A stretch of DNA of 64,000 nt from assembly GCA_963711565.1 (NCBI GenBank), contig CAVQEQ010000001.1, positions 1,184,001 through 1,248,000 on the forward strand. Reading direction: 5' to 3'. Shown here piece by piece: positions 23,501 to 33,947 of the stretch. The stretch is from an uncultured delta proteobacterium. Lineage in GTDB: Bacteria; Desulfobacterota; Binatia; Binatales; Binataceae. The notes beneath the pieces were generated by a model. The model searched no databases. It was given only the letters and a program-made list of their open reading frames with translations, and had not been told where the DNA came from. Made by a program: the position numbers and the translations under genes. Every line of letters starts with the position of its first letter. The stretch's first letter is position 1.

Positions 23501-24184
23501 GTATCGGCCGTTGGAAGACGTTATCGAGGTGATGTTGCCTGTCTGACCGTTGGTTCGCGATATTGTGATGGAGTTACCGTGTCGATCTTGTATCATCTGC
23601 AAAGGCGCGGCCGTGCCGAATTCATATTCTGTTTCGTCTTTTCGCTCGAGCCACCACGCCTCGCTGCCGGTGTCGTACCAGATATTCGATGCATACCAGA
23701 CCGGATCGTCGTTACTCGTGCAGGAGAATGTGGCATCCGTGTAGTCGGTACAACCGTTTTGGGTGCACGACGAAGTTCGATTGCAGAAGAGATTAGCGCC
23801 GTCGGGCATAACGACCTCGACGTTCTGGAAACCCTGCCCTGCGGCCTGGCTTGGAGAATAAAGATACATTCCATAATCAAAGTTCCAGCCGGGCCCGAAC
23901 ATTCGAGAGGTGCTGTCGTTTTGACGGTACGTTCGGCGCAGCACGATGGGCATCTGCCCCGGCACGGTCAAGTCCGTATGCGAGTAGACGAAGAGTCCTT
24001 GGGCAAGACCGCACGCGGACCAGCCCGCGCCTTCCCACAGCGCTTGCTTGGCACAGGTTGGGTCTTCTGTCGGAGCGGCTGGAGGAGGAGAGGTCCAGTT
24101 GATCTGGGCATGGGCAGTTCCGAAGAACGTGAAAAAAACACAAATGGCGCACACCGTACGAAGTGCAGCGGCCTTGGCTGTCAT
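20594..24184 (-). CDS. RHS/YD-repeat protein with Sec signal, DUF6531-like domain and variable C-terminus
   Basis: AHA-Q signal; TDLTVPG..RRTY..FGPGW; many YD repeats; YYFRARYYD, FMARDP, PLNGTDPTG cleavage motif. Confidence 0.93.
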   Translation of the reverse strand: MTAKAAALRTVCAICVFFTFFGTAHAQINWTSPPPAAPTEDPTCAKQALWEGAGWSACGLAQGLFVYSHTDLTVPGQMPIVLRRTYRQNDSTSRMFGPGWNFDYGMYLYSPSQAAGQGFQNVEVVMPDGANLFCNRTSSCTQNGCTDYTDATFSCTSNDDPVWYASNIWYDTGSEAWWLERKDETEYEFGTAAPLQMIQDRHGNSITISRTNGQTGNITSITSSNGRYLTVSYTNNLPTSIQDQAGRTIQYGYDSSGRLSTVEDPNNNVTTYKYSTTSGQTDNLASIEDANLNTLKLAYVTSGSPLGALKTMTMPDAASSAWKFAYTLSSGLITAVTITDGNSTQRAVTFNSAGYETSDTLGSNTTGTTKQLTTYTRDANTNFILDAVNALNRDTHTTYDFTIGQPLTVTSLYGTSNAALTSFTYNGAGNCYQVAQITDPMGFSLSYQYGVFIGDPCDLSLTIDRNNNPTHLLGYNNDGTLNVSIDAEGNFTWYTYDSFGDLTEVEDPLDNLTANSYDTAGRLTQTTDPLMNTTVYQYDNLDHVTQRSVPGAAASPSITTYGYDNVYNMTSMVDPNNHSWTWKYGDRNRLAKVCDPNSNCTQFTYDNNSNVTQFSNASGTTDVFIYDKINRKVTEKWAYNSTTGTTGIKDAYTYDLGNRMTQVVDSVAGTTTRTYDGQDRILTDQQASNGTITYQYDLDERRTTMSGAGPSVSYGYDNNGNLTSEYNSYFGTVQIVVDLDNRRSSVQLPNSVTEAYSYDQDSHLTTITYTNGNDTQIGNLGYSYDADGRRTEVTGSFASLVLPNFGGNNSQSFAYNKDGSSTATTNDDDGDVTIDLGVSYQYNGRAQVKQIANLSSPVFAENLTYDPFGRRVSNSLSLNGGSPLVTNYLYDGSNIAKESSVGSAYVMTGLAPDDRFARYSSGVYQYYLTDAVGSVVALTDQNGVVQTQYTYGPFGQTTSTGTASDNPYQFGGRELDPNGGNGIYYFRARYYDSLELNRFMARDPQGLSGGNYATLYAYVGNSPLNGTDPTGEFTFGSFGGLSDAWSDAIGLLGGNIATISAPGGDPTFTDVQVGGGSSDDGLSISAATARNNSSQQGSNSTISGLSPQEFMALADAGIIVGDLVLLTAEGSGGEISAFGLTAYAVGTATVVVGESAMAIAEGINNPANFGIQGVATIGTRAGAPSVNPSAPPTASP

Positions 24185-24212
24185 GATTACCCCCTGTGAA
24201 AGGCGACCCCCT

Positions 24213-24797
24213 TTAGTTCTGGATCACTGTGAAGTTGAACGTGCTGGTAGCCAGTCCATTGGGCAACGTCACCTGGATGACTCCGGTGCCGCAGGCCGAC
24301 GGAACGCTGGTCGTGAGTGTCGAAATGGTCGAGGCGGTCACTGTTGCCTGGACTCCGTTGATTGTGACCGTGTTCTGTGACGGTGTGGAACTGAAACCGT
24401 CGCCGTAGATAACTACCGTCGCACCGACGGGGCTTTGTGCAGGAGAAATCGCAAAGAGGGCCGTCGTGTTAGCAAAGGCCAGGGAGACTTGTGTAATATT
24501 CCCGCCCAGGTCGTAGGCATACGACACGCCGTTTGTTCCACTTTGGACGGTATTATTAATGGCTGCCACTATCCGCCCCTGCGGATCATACGCGTAGGTC
24601 ACATCTCCCGCGTATGCTGGTGGGATCAACCAGTTTGACAGCACCAACAGTCCGACGATCACAAGGGTTCCGAGGGCAACGCCATCTGATCGGGGTTCGT
24701 GTGATGGCCGCTGGGTCTCCGGCAGACACGCGGCAAGATCTCCGGAAAACTGTTGCAGTTGGCGTCGTGCGTTTCGACGCGATAAGAGCGGGAACAT
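24213..24797 (-). CDS. Exported YD-repeat + IPT/TIG-domain protein (start uncertain)
   Basis: Hydrophobic stretch then AYA-GDVTYAYDPQGRI, YAYDLGGNI; ISP..SPVGATVVIYGDGFS..NTVTING..LTTSVP (IPT/TIG). Confidence 0.75.
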   Translation of the reverse strand: MFPLLSRRNARRQLQQFSGDLAACLPETQRPSHEPRSDGVALGTLVIVGLLVLSNWLIPPAYAGDVTYAYDPQGRIVAAINNTVQSGTNGVSYAYDLGGNITQVSLAFANTTALFAISPAQSPVGATVVIYGDGFSSTPSQNTVTINGVQATVTASTISTLTTSVPSACGTGVIQVTLPNGLATSTFNFTVIQN

Positions 24798-24998
24798 GGT
24801 GCACCTCCCCTTTCGCAAAGCGAACTCAGCGCAAGAATCTATCCGCCGACAGTGCAGCAGAAGCACTCACAACGGGATACATTCCACAGAGGGCCTAATT
24901 TGCAAAAACGACGATATCAGTCAAGTCTAGCAGTGTACTAAAGTTAACAGTGCGCTTAGCTCATTGTTGCTCGTCTCACTAGCAACCCGAGCAGCGAG

Positions 24999-25979
24999 TC
25001 AGCTGTTCTGCGGTTCGCCGATTTCTGCGAATTCGTTTGTTGCGCGGATTAGTTCGCCGGTGATGCTCGCATTCGATGCGTCGTGGCCGGCGTTATCGAC
25101 TATCACAAGTTTGGCGCGCGGCCATACGCGCTTGAGGTCGTACGCCCATCCGATCGGCGCTTGAAGATCGAAACGTCCGTTCACCATGATGCCGGGGATG
25201 TCGGCAATCGCGGCGGCATCGCGAAGAATGCTCCCGTCCTCGAGCCACGCATAGTGCCGAACGTAATGAGTCACGATGCGCGCGAACGCCATTCCGAAAA
25301 CGGGATCGCGAAACCGCGGCGACAATCCTTGAGCGGGCGGCCAGGCCGGCGTCGCGGACTCCCATGTACACCACGCCAGTGCGGCTTGATTGCGAATCGA
25401 CGCGTCGGGATCGTTGAGCATTCGGCAGTACGCCTCGATGATATCAACGTCCCGCAGCGCGGCCGGCACCGCATCGCGCAGACGCTCCCATTGCTCGGGA
25501 AACAGATCGGACAAGCCGCCGCGAAACAACCAGTCGAACTCTTTGCGGCGCCCGGTCGTGACGCCAAACAGAATAATCTCCCTGACGCGATTCGGGTACC
25601 GCTCCGCATAAGCCAGCGCGAGCGTGCTGCCCCACGAACCGCCGAGTACCAGCCATCGCTCGATGCCGAGATGCTCGCGGATTCGCTCGATGTCGGCGAG
25701 GAGGTTCGCAGTGTTGTTGCTCGCGAGATCCGTGTCAGGCGCGCTCGCATGCGGCGTGCTGCGTCCGCAATTGCGTTGATCGAACAGTACGACGCGATAG
25801 GCGGATGGATCGAACAGCCTGCGATGCCACGGCGTGCATCCCGATCCGGGACCGCCGTGCAGCACCACCGCCGGCTTGCCGCGTGGATTGCCGCACGTCT
25901 CCCAGTACACGAGGTTGCGTTCGCCAACGTCGAGCATGCCGTGTTGATAGGGTTCGATCGCTGGATATAGCTGCGTCAT
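24999..25979 (-). CDS. pip: Proline iminopeptidase
   Basis: LHGGPGSG, FDQRNCGRS, GGSWGS, GRFD, AGH. Confidence 0.92.
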   Translation of the reverse strand: MTQLYPAIEPYQHGMLDVGERNLVYWETCGNPRGKPAVVLHGGPGSGCTPWHRRLFDPSAYRVVLFDQRNCGRSTPHASAPDTDLASNNTANLLADIERIREHLGIERWLVLGGSWGSTLALAYAERYPNRVREIILFGVTTGRRKEFDWLFRGGLSDLFPEQWERLRDAVPAALRDVDIIEAYCRMLNDPDASIRNQAALAWCTWESATPAWPPAQGLSPRFRDPVFGMAFARIVTHYVRHYAWLEDGSILRDAAAIADIPGIMVNGRFDLQAPIGWAYDLKRVWPRAKLVIVDNAGHDASNASITGELIRATNEFAEIGEPQNS

Positions 25980-26045
25980 GCGGGATTGCCAGCTTTCCCT
26001 ACTTTCGCATCAACGAGGCTTTCCGCAAAACGGCGGAGTTGCCTC

Positions 26046-26094
26046 TTGACACGATCCCTGGTTGCTGAGTATATACTCAGTGAGTAGAAGCTCA
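26046..26094 (+). promoter_or_regulatory. Sigma70 promoter with TetR operator palindromes
   Basis: TTGACA at 26046; perfect palindrome CTGAGTATATACTCAG at 26065-26080; imperfect TGAGTAGAAGCTCA next to it. Confidence 0.7.
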
Positions 26095-26112
26095 GTAGAG
26101 ACGAAGCAATCG

Positions 26113-26700
26113 ATGCAGGCAGCGACGCGGCGGGAACAGAAGGAGGTAACGCGGGACCGGTTGGTCAACGCGGCGATGGCGCTGTTCGCGCGCAAGGGTA
26201 TCGTCAATACGACGACTGCCGATGTCGCCAAGTCGATTCGAATGTCGCATGGCGTCGTGTTCCTGCATTTCCCGACGCGCGACGACCTGGTGATCGCCGT
26301 AATCGACGAGTTCGGGCGCCGTCTGGCCACCGAGTTCCGGCAGGCCTTCGAGCGGGACCTTGGCCTGCGAGCCGTACTGCATGCACATCTGCGGGTGCTC
26401 GCTGAGTTCGAGCCCTTTTACGCGCGGCTGGTGACTGAGGCTCCCATGCTGCCGCCGAAAGTGCGCAGCACTCTGATGATGCTGCACGCGGCTGTGTCCT
26501 ATGAAATCTTCATGGCGCTCGAGCGCGAGCGTAAGGCGGGCCGCGCGCGCAAGATCGAGCGTCCGCTGCTGTTCAACACATGGATAGGTCTCGTGCATCA
26601 CTACCTGGTCAATCGCGACGTGTTCGCCACCGGTGACTCAGTGATCGCCGAGCAGGGCGATGTTCTGGTTAATCATTTTATGACGCTCGTGAAACCATAG
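26113..26700 (+). CDS. TetR-family regulator
   Basis: TRDRLVNAAMALFARKG..TTADVAK..SHGVVFLHFPTRDDL HTH. Confidence 0.9.
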   Translation: MQAATRREQKEVTRDRLVNAAMALFARKGIVNTTTADVAKSIRMSHGVVFLHFPTRDDLVIAVIDEFGRRLATEFRQAFERDLGLRAVLHAHLRVLAEFEPFYARLVTEAPMLPPKVRSTLMMLHAAVSYEIFMALERERKAGRARKIERPLLFNTWIGLVHHYLVNRDVFATGDSVIAEQGDVLVNHFMTLVKP

Positions 26701-26713
26701 AAGGAGTAAGACT

Positions 26714-26968
26714 ATGCCTGAAAAATGTCCCGCTTGTGGTTCATGCGGAATGCCGCTGGAGAAGCCCGAAGACTACGCGCTCGGCGACGCGACGCGCCCG
26801 TACTGCCGCTATTGCACCGACGCGCGCGGCGAGTTGCTGTCCTATGAGCAAGTGTTAGAGACCAACGCGCGCTTCTACGTCGAGTCCCAGGGTGTCACTC
26901 CGGCCGCGGCTAGCGCGATGGCGCGCGCGATGCTCGCGGACATGCCCGCGTGGCGCGGGCGGCATTAA
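26714..26968 (+). CDS. Putative zinc-ribbon domain protein
   Basis: CGSCGMPL...YCRYC; AAGGAG RBS. Confidence 0.8.
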   Translation: MPEKCPACGSCGMPLEKPEDYALGDATRPYCRYCTDARGELLSYEQVLETNARFYVESQGVTPAAASAMARAMLADMPAWRGRH

Positions 26969-27017
26969 GAGTTTTGGCAGATCGAAGAACGAAACTTACT
27001 AAGAAGGAGAGAGAGCT

Positions 27018-27380
27018 ATGTTTGATCACATCCAGATTAAGGTGAAGGACCTCAAAGCGAGCAAGCGCTTCTACACGGCTGCGCTGGCGCCGCTGGGATT
27101 CAGCGTGCAGTACGAAGGCGACGGCGTCTTAGGCTTCGGTCCCAAGGGCGCGCCGGCCTTGTGGTTGGCTGAGGGCGAATCGCGTGGGCCCGTGCATATC
27201 GCGTTCTCGGCCAAGGATCGCGCTTCGGTGCGGGCATTCTATGCCGCCGCGCTGCCGGCGGGCGGCAAGGACAACGGTAAGCCGGGACTGAGGCCCGACT
27301 ATGCCGCCAACTACTACGGAGGCTTCGTGAAAGATCCCGACGGCAACAACATCGAGGCCGTTTGCCATCAGGAAGAGTAG
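27018..27380 (+). CDS. VOC/glyoxalase family protein
   Basis: MFDHI, HIAF, GGKDNG.PGLR, DPDGNNIEAV. Confidence 0.9.
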   Translation: MFDHIQIKVKDLKASKRFYTAALAPLGFSVQYEGDGVLGFGPKGAPALWLAEGESRGPVHIAFSAKDRASVRAFYAAALPAGGKDNGKPGLRPDYAANYYGGFVKDPDGNNIEAVCHQEE

Positions 27381-27389
27381 CTAAGCTAT

Positions 27390-27428
27390 GGGACTGCCTT
27401 GATAGGTCTGTTCGATCAAGGCAGTCCC
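27390..27428. repeat. 14-bp perfect inverted repeat (REP-like hairpin)
   Basis: GGGACTGCCTTGAT-N11-ATCAAGGCAGTCCC. Confidence 0.7.
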
Positions 27429-27453
27429 TCAGATTGAGTCCCAGGAGCGTCCT

Positions 27454-27930
27454 ATGAATCTCGAAGGTGGATGTTCATGCGGAGCGATCCGCTACAAGCT
27501 GACTAACAGCCCGCTTATCGTTCATGCGTGTCACTGCCGCGATTGCCAGCGCGTAACCGGTAGTGGCTTCGTGATCAATATCTGGATCGAGAAGCGATTC
27601 GTCGAAAGCAGCGGGGCGACGCCGAAATCAGTCGTACTCAAGGGCGGCACCGGCAAGGATCACGAGGCGTTCTTCTGCGAGCGGTGCGGCACCTACGTAT
27701 GGAGTCGCTATCAGGTCGCGCCCGGCGGCGAGGCTTTGTTCGTTCGCGCGGGAACGCTCGACGATGCCGACGCCGTCACGCCCGACGTTCACCTCTTCAC
27801 GAGAAGCAAGCTGCCGTGGGTAAGACTCCCGGAAGGTGCGAGGGCGTTCGATACGGCCTACAAAATCGACGACGTATGGCCGGCCGCGAGCAAGGAGCGC
27901 CTACGCCGGAACGTCGAGGCGCGGAGTTAG
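27454..27930 (+). CDS. GFA (CENP-V-like) family protein
   Basis: GGCSCGAIRY, ACHCRDCQR, FCERCGT, SKLPW. Confidence 0.9.
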   Translation: MNLEGGCSCGAIRYKLTNSPLIVHACHCRDCQRVTGSGFVINIWIEKRFVESSGATPKSVVLKGGTGKDHEAFFCERCGTYVWSRYQVAPGGEALFVRAGTLDDADAVTPDVHLFTRSKLPWVRLPEGARAFDTAYKIDDVWPAASKERLRRNVEARS

Positions 27931-27946
27931 CCGATCCGGGTCCGCG

Positions 27947-28468
27947 TCAAAAAGTGTTGATCGCGTTGGCGCTGGTATCCAGTCCGTTCGCGTTGTCGTT
28001 GAATGAGCTGGCAGGAAAGCGATCCGAAGATGACGACAGGGCGCTCGTTTGGTTGAATCGATCCGTCGCGGAGAATCTACCGGAATCGGCGCCGGAGGAA
28101 TCGCCGAACCTGCTCGACGTGTCGCCGCTGCTAAGCTGGGATGCCGCGGGCCAGCGCGACTCCCCGGTCGATCCGCTCGCCATTGAGCCCGCGCGCGCTT
28201 CGAAATCCGATGCCCCGGAAGACGAGGCGGCCCCGGCCCTTTCGTCAAAACTCGCGCCGGTCGAGCTGGCTCCCCACGTGCTGGAGCTCCCGCCGAGATC
28301 GACGTTGCTGACTGCGCCCCCGATGCTGGTGCCCATCGAGGAGCCGCCCCCGCTGCCGACTCCCGCCGTCGTCGCGTACTCGCCCATCGTTTGCGCGTCG
28401 GCGTGCGGCGCGAATAGTGCGACCACCGCGATAAGCACGCCCGGTACAATCAGGTTGATGAGTCTCAT
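27947..28468 (-). CDS. Secreted Ser/Gly-rich low-complexity protein
   Basis: GGGAGG RBS; signal peptide ADA-Q; S/G/A-rich with recurring RF/RW. Confidence 0.7.
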   Translation of the reverse strand: MRLINLIVPGVLIAVVALFAPHADAQTMGEYATTAGVGSGGGSSMGTSIGGAVSNVDLGGSSSTWGASSTGASFDERAGAASSSGASDFEARAGSMASGSTGESRWPAASQLSSGDTSSRFGDSSGADSGRFSATDRFNQTSALSSSSDRFPASSFNDNANGLDTSANAINTF

Positions 28469-28625
28469 GGCGTTCGACCTCCCCTGAGCCTACTGCCAGT
28501 AACGTTAGATAGTGTAATCGTAGCGTCAAGCATGAGGCAATAACCCCGTAACGCGGGCCTACGTGGGCATCCGCGCTTGTGACCGATCTACGCTCACGGT
28601 TAATCTGGATTGGATACTGAAAACC

Positions 28626-29909
28626 GTGGACGAAATCGAAATAATTCCTCTGACCGGCCCGCTCGACGCCCGCGTCGTGCTGCCCGGCTCCAAGAGCATC
28701 ACAAATCGCGCGATGGTGCTGGCCGCGCTGGCGCAGGGGCGCTCGGTCCTCGACTCGGTTTTACTGAGCGACGACACGCGCTACATGAGCGACGCGCTGC
28801 GGGTGATGGGTTTTGCCGTCGAGATCGACGAGCCGGCGCGCCGAATCACGGTCAGCGGGCGCGGCGGCACCATCCCGGCGCATGGCGGCGAGATCTTCGT
28901 CGGCGGCGCGGGCACTGTGATGCGATTCCTGGTCGCGATGGTCACGCTCGGTGAGGGACGTTTTCGCGTCGATGGAAATCAGCGGATGCGTCAGCGTCCG
29001 ATCGGGCCGCAGCTCGACGCGATGCAGCGCCTCGGCGCGAGCGTGTACAGCGAGCGCGACAACAACTGTCCGCCGGTGATCGTCGATGCATCGCGCACAC
29101 GCTTTGAGGGGGGCGAGACTTCGGTCGATGCGCGCGCGTCGTCGCAGTTCGTTTCGGCGATGCTGATGCCGGCGCCGATTTGGAAGGCCGGCCTCAAGCT
29201 GCAGGTGATCGGCGATACCGCGCGGCCCTTCATCGATATGACGCTCAGGCTGATGGAGGCGTGGGGAGCGCGGAGCACCGTCGAAGACGACATGATTGTC
29301 GTGCCCGGCGGACAATGGTATCGCGCTCAGCGTTTCATCGTCGAGCCGGACGCGTCGAGCGCGAGCTACTTTGCGGCCGCCGCGGCGCTCGTCGGCGGCC
29401 CGGTGCGAATCGAGGGCCTCACCTCGAGCTCGGTGCAGGGCGACCTCGGTTTTCTCGGCGTGCTTCAGCAGATGGGCGCGCGCGTTATGTGGCATCCCGA
29501 TCACGTCGAGGTAGTAGGAACGGGGCGGTTCACCGGCGTCAACGTCGCGATGAACTCGATGCCGGACATGGTGGCGACGCTCGCGGCGATTGCGCCGTTC
29601 GCCTCAACGCCGACTACAATTCGCAACGTCGCCTTCATCCGGCATCACGAAAGCGATCGCATCCGCGCGCTCGCGACCGAACTGCGGCGGCTGGGTGCAA
29701 CGGTCGTCGAGAACGACGACGGACTCGAGATTGCGCCGTCCGCGATGCATCCGGCGGCCATCGAGACCTACGACGATCACAGAATCGCGATGAGCTTCGC
29801 GGTAACGGGCCTGAAACTCAGCGGCGTGAAGATCAAGGATCCCGGATGCGTCGCGAAAACGTTCCCGGATTTCTTCGAAAGGCTCGCCGCGCTTCAGACT
29901 GCCTCCTAA
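28626..29909 (+). CDS. aroA: EPSP synthase
   Basis: LPGSKSITNR, SSQF, EPDASSASYF, ESDRI, DDHRIAMSF, KTFPDFF. Confidence 0.95.
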   Translation: MDEIEIIPLTGPLDARVVLPGSKSITNRAMVLAALAQGRSVLDSVLLSDDTRYMSDALRVMGFAVEIDEPARRITVSGRGGTIPAHGGEIFVGGAGTVMRFLVAMVTLGEGRFRVDGNQRMRQRPIGPQLDAMQRLGASVYSERDNNCPPVIVDASRTRFEGGETSVDARASSQFVSAMLMPAPIWKAGLKLQVIGDTARPFIDMTLRLMEAWGARSTVEDDMIVVPGGQWYRAQRFIVEPDASSASYFAAAAALVGGPVRIEGLTSSSVQGDLGFLGVLQQMGARVMWHPDHVEVVGTGRFTGVNVAMNSMPDMVATLAAIAPFASTPTTIRNVAFIRHHESDRIRALATELRRLGATVVENDDGLEIAPSAMHPAAIETYDDHRIAMSFAVTGLKLSGVKIKDPGCVAKTFPDFFERLAALQTAS

Positions 29910-29927
29910 GCGGGAGCCGGCGGCAAA

Positions 29928-30962
29928 GTGAAACGCGATCGAACTTCCCTGATCGACAAGTTGCTGCATAGCGACGAGCCCTCGATTCGATGGAAGGCGA
30001 TGGTTCGCGTCGTGGGCGAAGATCTTCATTCGCGGAAAGTCAGGGACCTGCAGGAGGAGATCAGGAAGTCGCCGCGCGCGCGAGCGTTGATCGCCGGGCG
30101 CGACAATCGGTTCGTGCGCGAGTCTTACGTTTACGCCAACTGGCGCGGGGCGCATTGGACGCTGTCGACGCTGGCCGAGATTGGCTATCCGGCGGGCGAT
30201 GAGTCGCTGATGCCGATGCGCGAGCAGGTGCTCGACTACTGGCTGGGCCATCAGTTCTACATGGAGATCGAGTCGAACAAGGCCGTACCGAAGCATCGCA
30301 GCGCCGAGGGCGTTCCGATAATCCAGGGGCGCTACCGGCGATGCGGATCGCAACAGGGCAACGCGCTGTATTCCATCACGAGGCTCGGTCTTGCGGACAA
30401 GCGCAGCGACTCGCTGGCGGAGCGCCTGATGCGTTGGCAATGGCCGGACGGGGGATGGAATTGCGACCGGATGCCGTCGGCGCATGTCTCCTCATTCAAC
30501 GAATCGTTGCTGCCGATGCTTGGGCTCGCGGCTCATGCGGAACGCACAAAAGATGCGGCAGCGCGCGCGGCGGCGATGAAGGCGTCGGAGGTCTTTCTGT
30601 GCCGGCGGCTGTTCAAGAGTCGAACGGACGGGACAGTGATTTCTCCGCATTGGTTGAGGCCGAAGTATCCGCGGTACTGGCATTACGACATGCTGGGCGG
30701 ACTCGTGGCGATGGCGGAGATGGGGCTCATCAACGATCCGGGCTGTGCCGATGCGCTCGACCTGCTCGAGCGCAAGGAGCTGCCGCGTGGAGGCTGGGCC
30801 GCGCAGGGGCGGTTCTACAAGGTGTCGACGAGCATGGATATGAGCACGCGGTTCGGGTCCATTTCCCAAGTTGACTGGGGCGGGAGCAGCAACGCTCGCA
30901 TGAACGAATGGGTCTCGGCGGACGCGCTCCACGTACTGCGCGCGGCGGGCCGAGTCTTTTAG
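29928..30962 (+). CDS. Prenyltransferase/terpenoid-cyclase-repeat (alpha/alpha barrel) hypothetical protein
   Basis: QWPDGGWNC repeat, YPRYWHYD, GGW, NEWVSADAL. Confidence 0.65.
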   Translation: MKRDRTSLIDKLLHSDEPSIRWKAMVRVVGEDLHSRKVRDLQEEIRKSPRARALIAGRDNRFVRESYVYANWRGAHWTLSTLAEIGYPAGDESLMPMREQVLDYWLGHQFYMEIESNKAVPKHRSAEGVPIIQGRYRRCGSQQGNALYSITRLGLADKRSDSLAERLMRWQWPDGGWNCDRMPSAHVSSFNESLLPMLGLAAHAERTKDAAARAAAMKASEVFLCRRLFKSRTDGTVISPHWLRPKYPRYWHYDMLGGLVAMAEMGLINDPGCADALDLLERKELPRGGWAAQGRFYKVSTSMDMSTRFGSISQVDWGGSSNARMNEWVSADALHVLRAAGRVF

Positions 30963-30966
30963 AATG

Positions 30967-31389
30967 TTAGCGGGCGGTGGATTTCAGATTCGCGGCTTCA
31001 ACCCTGGCGCGGGCTAGTTGTAGGGCTTCATTGGCTGATTGGTAGGTTGGGTCGTAGAAGCTCAGGGTTGAGAATTGAGCGTCGGCTTCTTGTACTTGCT
31101 CGGCGGCGGCTGCTGCGTCGATCACTTCGGGGGATTCGGCGCTGCTCGCCAGCACTGTCAGCACGCTGTTTTTCACTTCGGCCAGGCCGCCGGAGACTAC
31201 CCAGTGCATCGCGGTGCCGTCGGGGAGCTTGGCTTCGAGGACGCCGGGCACCAGCGATGTGATGAAGTTGATGTGTTCGGGCAGAATACCGAATTCGCCT
31301 AGCGGGCCTATCGCCGAGACTTCCGCGGCCTCGCCTTCGAAGACTATGCCGGTGGGAGTTACCAGTACGAATGGGAAGGTTGAGGCCAT
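30967..31389 (-). CDS. atpC: ATP synthase epsilon subunit
   Basis: LVTPTG, GEFGILPEH, VSGGLAEV; operon position. Confidence 0.93.
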   Translation of the reverse strand: MASTFPFVLVTPTGIVFEGEAAEVSAIGPLGEFGILPEHINFITSLVPGVLEAKLPDGTAMHWVVSGGLAEVKNSVLTVLASSAESPEVIDAAAAAEQVQEADAQFSTLSFYDPTYQSANEALQLARARVEAANLKSTAR

Positions 31390-31404
31390 CGTGGGATTCC
31401 GGAG

Positions 31405-32993
<1,589 letters not shown>

Positions 32994-33026
32994 AGCAGCG
33001 GGAAGGTGAACAAAGTTGTGCTTTGA

Positions 33027-33932
33027 TCATCCGCGGAGGGCCTCGGCGCCGCCGACTATGTCCATCAGCTCGCGGGTGATTTGCGCCTGGCGCGCGCGGT
33101 TCATGTCGAGCGTGAGCGAGGAGATCATTTCGTTGGCGTTGTTGGTCGCCGCGTCCATCGCGGTCATGCGCGCGCCCTGCTCGCTGGCCTCGGCCTCGAG
33201 CAGCGCGTGATAAACACTCGCCTCTAGATAGCCGCGCAGCACGACCGGCACGAGCTCCTCACGGGACGGCTCGACGAGATAATCGATTTTGCCCGCTTCG
33301 GATTTCGAGACGGCAGCGTCGACGTTCGCGCCTTCCGTGATGCCGGCGTCGCCCGGCGGCTTGATCGGCAGCAAGCGCTCGTAAACTGCCTTCTGCACGA
33401 TGGCAGACTGGAAATGAGTATAGACGATGCCGGCCTCGTCGATGGCGCCGGAGCTGTAGTCGGCGAGCATCTTGGCCGCGATGTCGCGCGCGAGAGCGAT
33501 CGTGGCGAGGCGTGGAAAATTGTCGATTCGCGAGAGTGCGACCGGGACGTTCGTGCGGCGAAAATGATCGACGGCTTTTTTACCGACAGCGAACAACTCT
33601 ATGTCGAGACCGTTGCCGCGGATTTCGCGCTGCGTCGCTTCGGCCGCGCGGAACAGGTACGAATTGTAACCGCCGGCCAGTCCGCGATCGGACGCGACCA
33701 CTACCAGCAGCGATCGCTTTTGCGCGCCCTCGACCGGGCCGACGGAGATGCCTTCAGAGGTGAGCAGCGAATCGGCGACGCGCGCGAGCGCTTCACTGTA
33801 GGGCAGCGCGTTGACGAGCGCTTCCTGTGCGCGCCGCAGCCGCGCGGCGGAAACCAGCTTGAGCGCGCGCGTGATCTGCTGCGTCGATTTGGCCGACGCG
33901 ATCCGGCGCCGGATTGCCTTGAGTGATGCCAT
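33027..33932 (-). CDS. atpG: ATP synthase gamma subunit
   Basis: QITRALKLVSAA, SDRGLAG, ARMTAMD, RQAQITREL. Confidence 0.95.
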   Translation of the reverse strand: MASLKAIRRRIASAKSTQQITRALKLVSAARLRRAQEALVNALPYSEALARVADSLLTSEGISVGPVEGAQKRSLLVVVASDRGLAGGYNSYLFRAAEATQREIRGNGLDIELFAVGKKAVDHFRRTNVPVALSRIDNFPRLATIALARDIAAKMLADYSSGAIDEAGIVYTHFQSAIVQKAVYERLLPIKPPGDAGITEGANVDAAVSKSEAGKIDYLVEPSREELVPVVLRGYLEASVYHALLEAEASEQGARMTAMDAATNNANEMISSLTLDMNRARQAQITRELMDIVGGAEALRG

Positions 33933-33947
33933 CGCGGGTCGGTCCGG

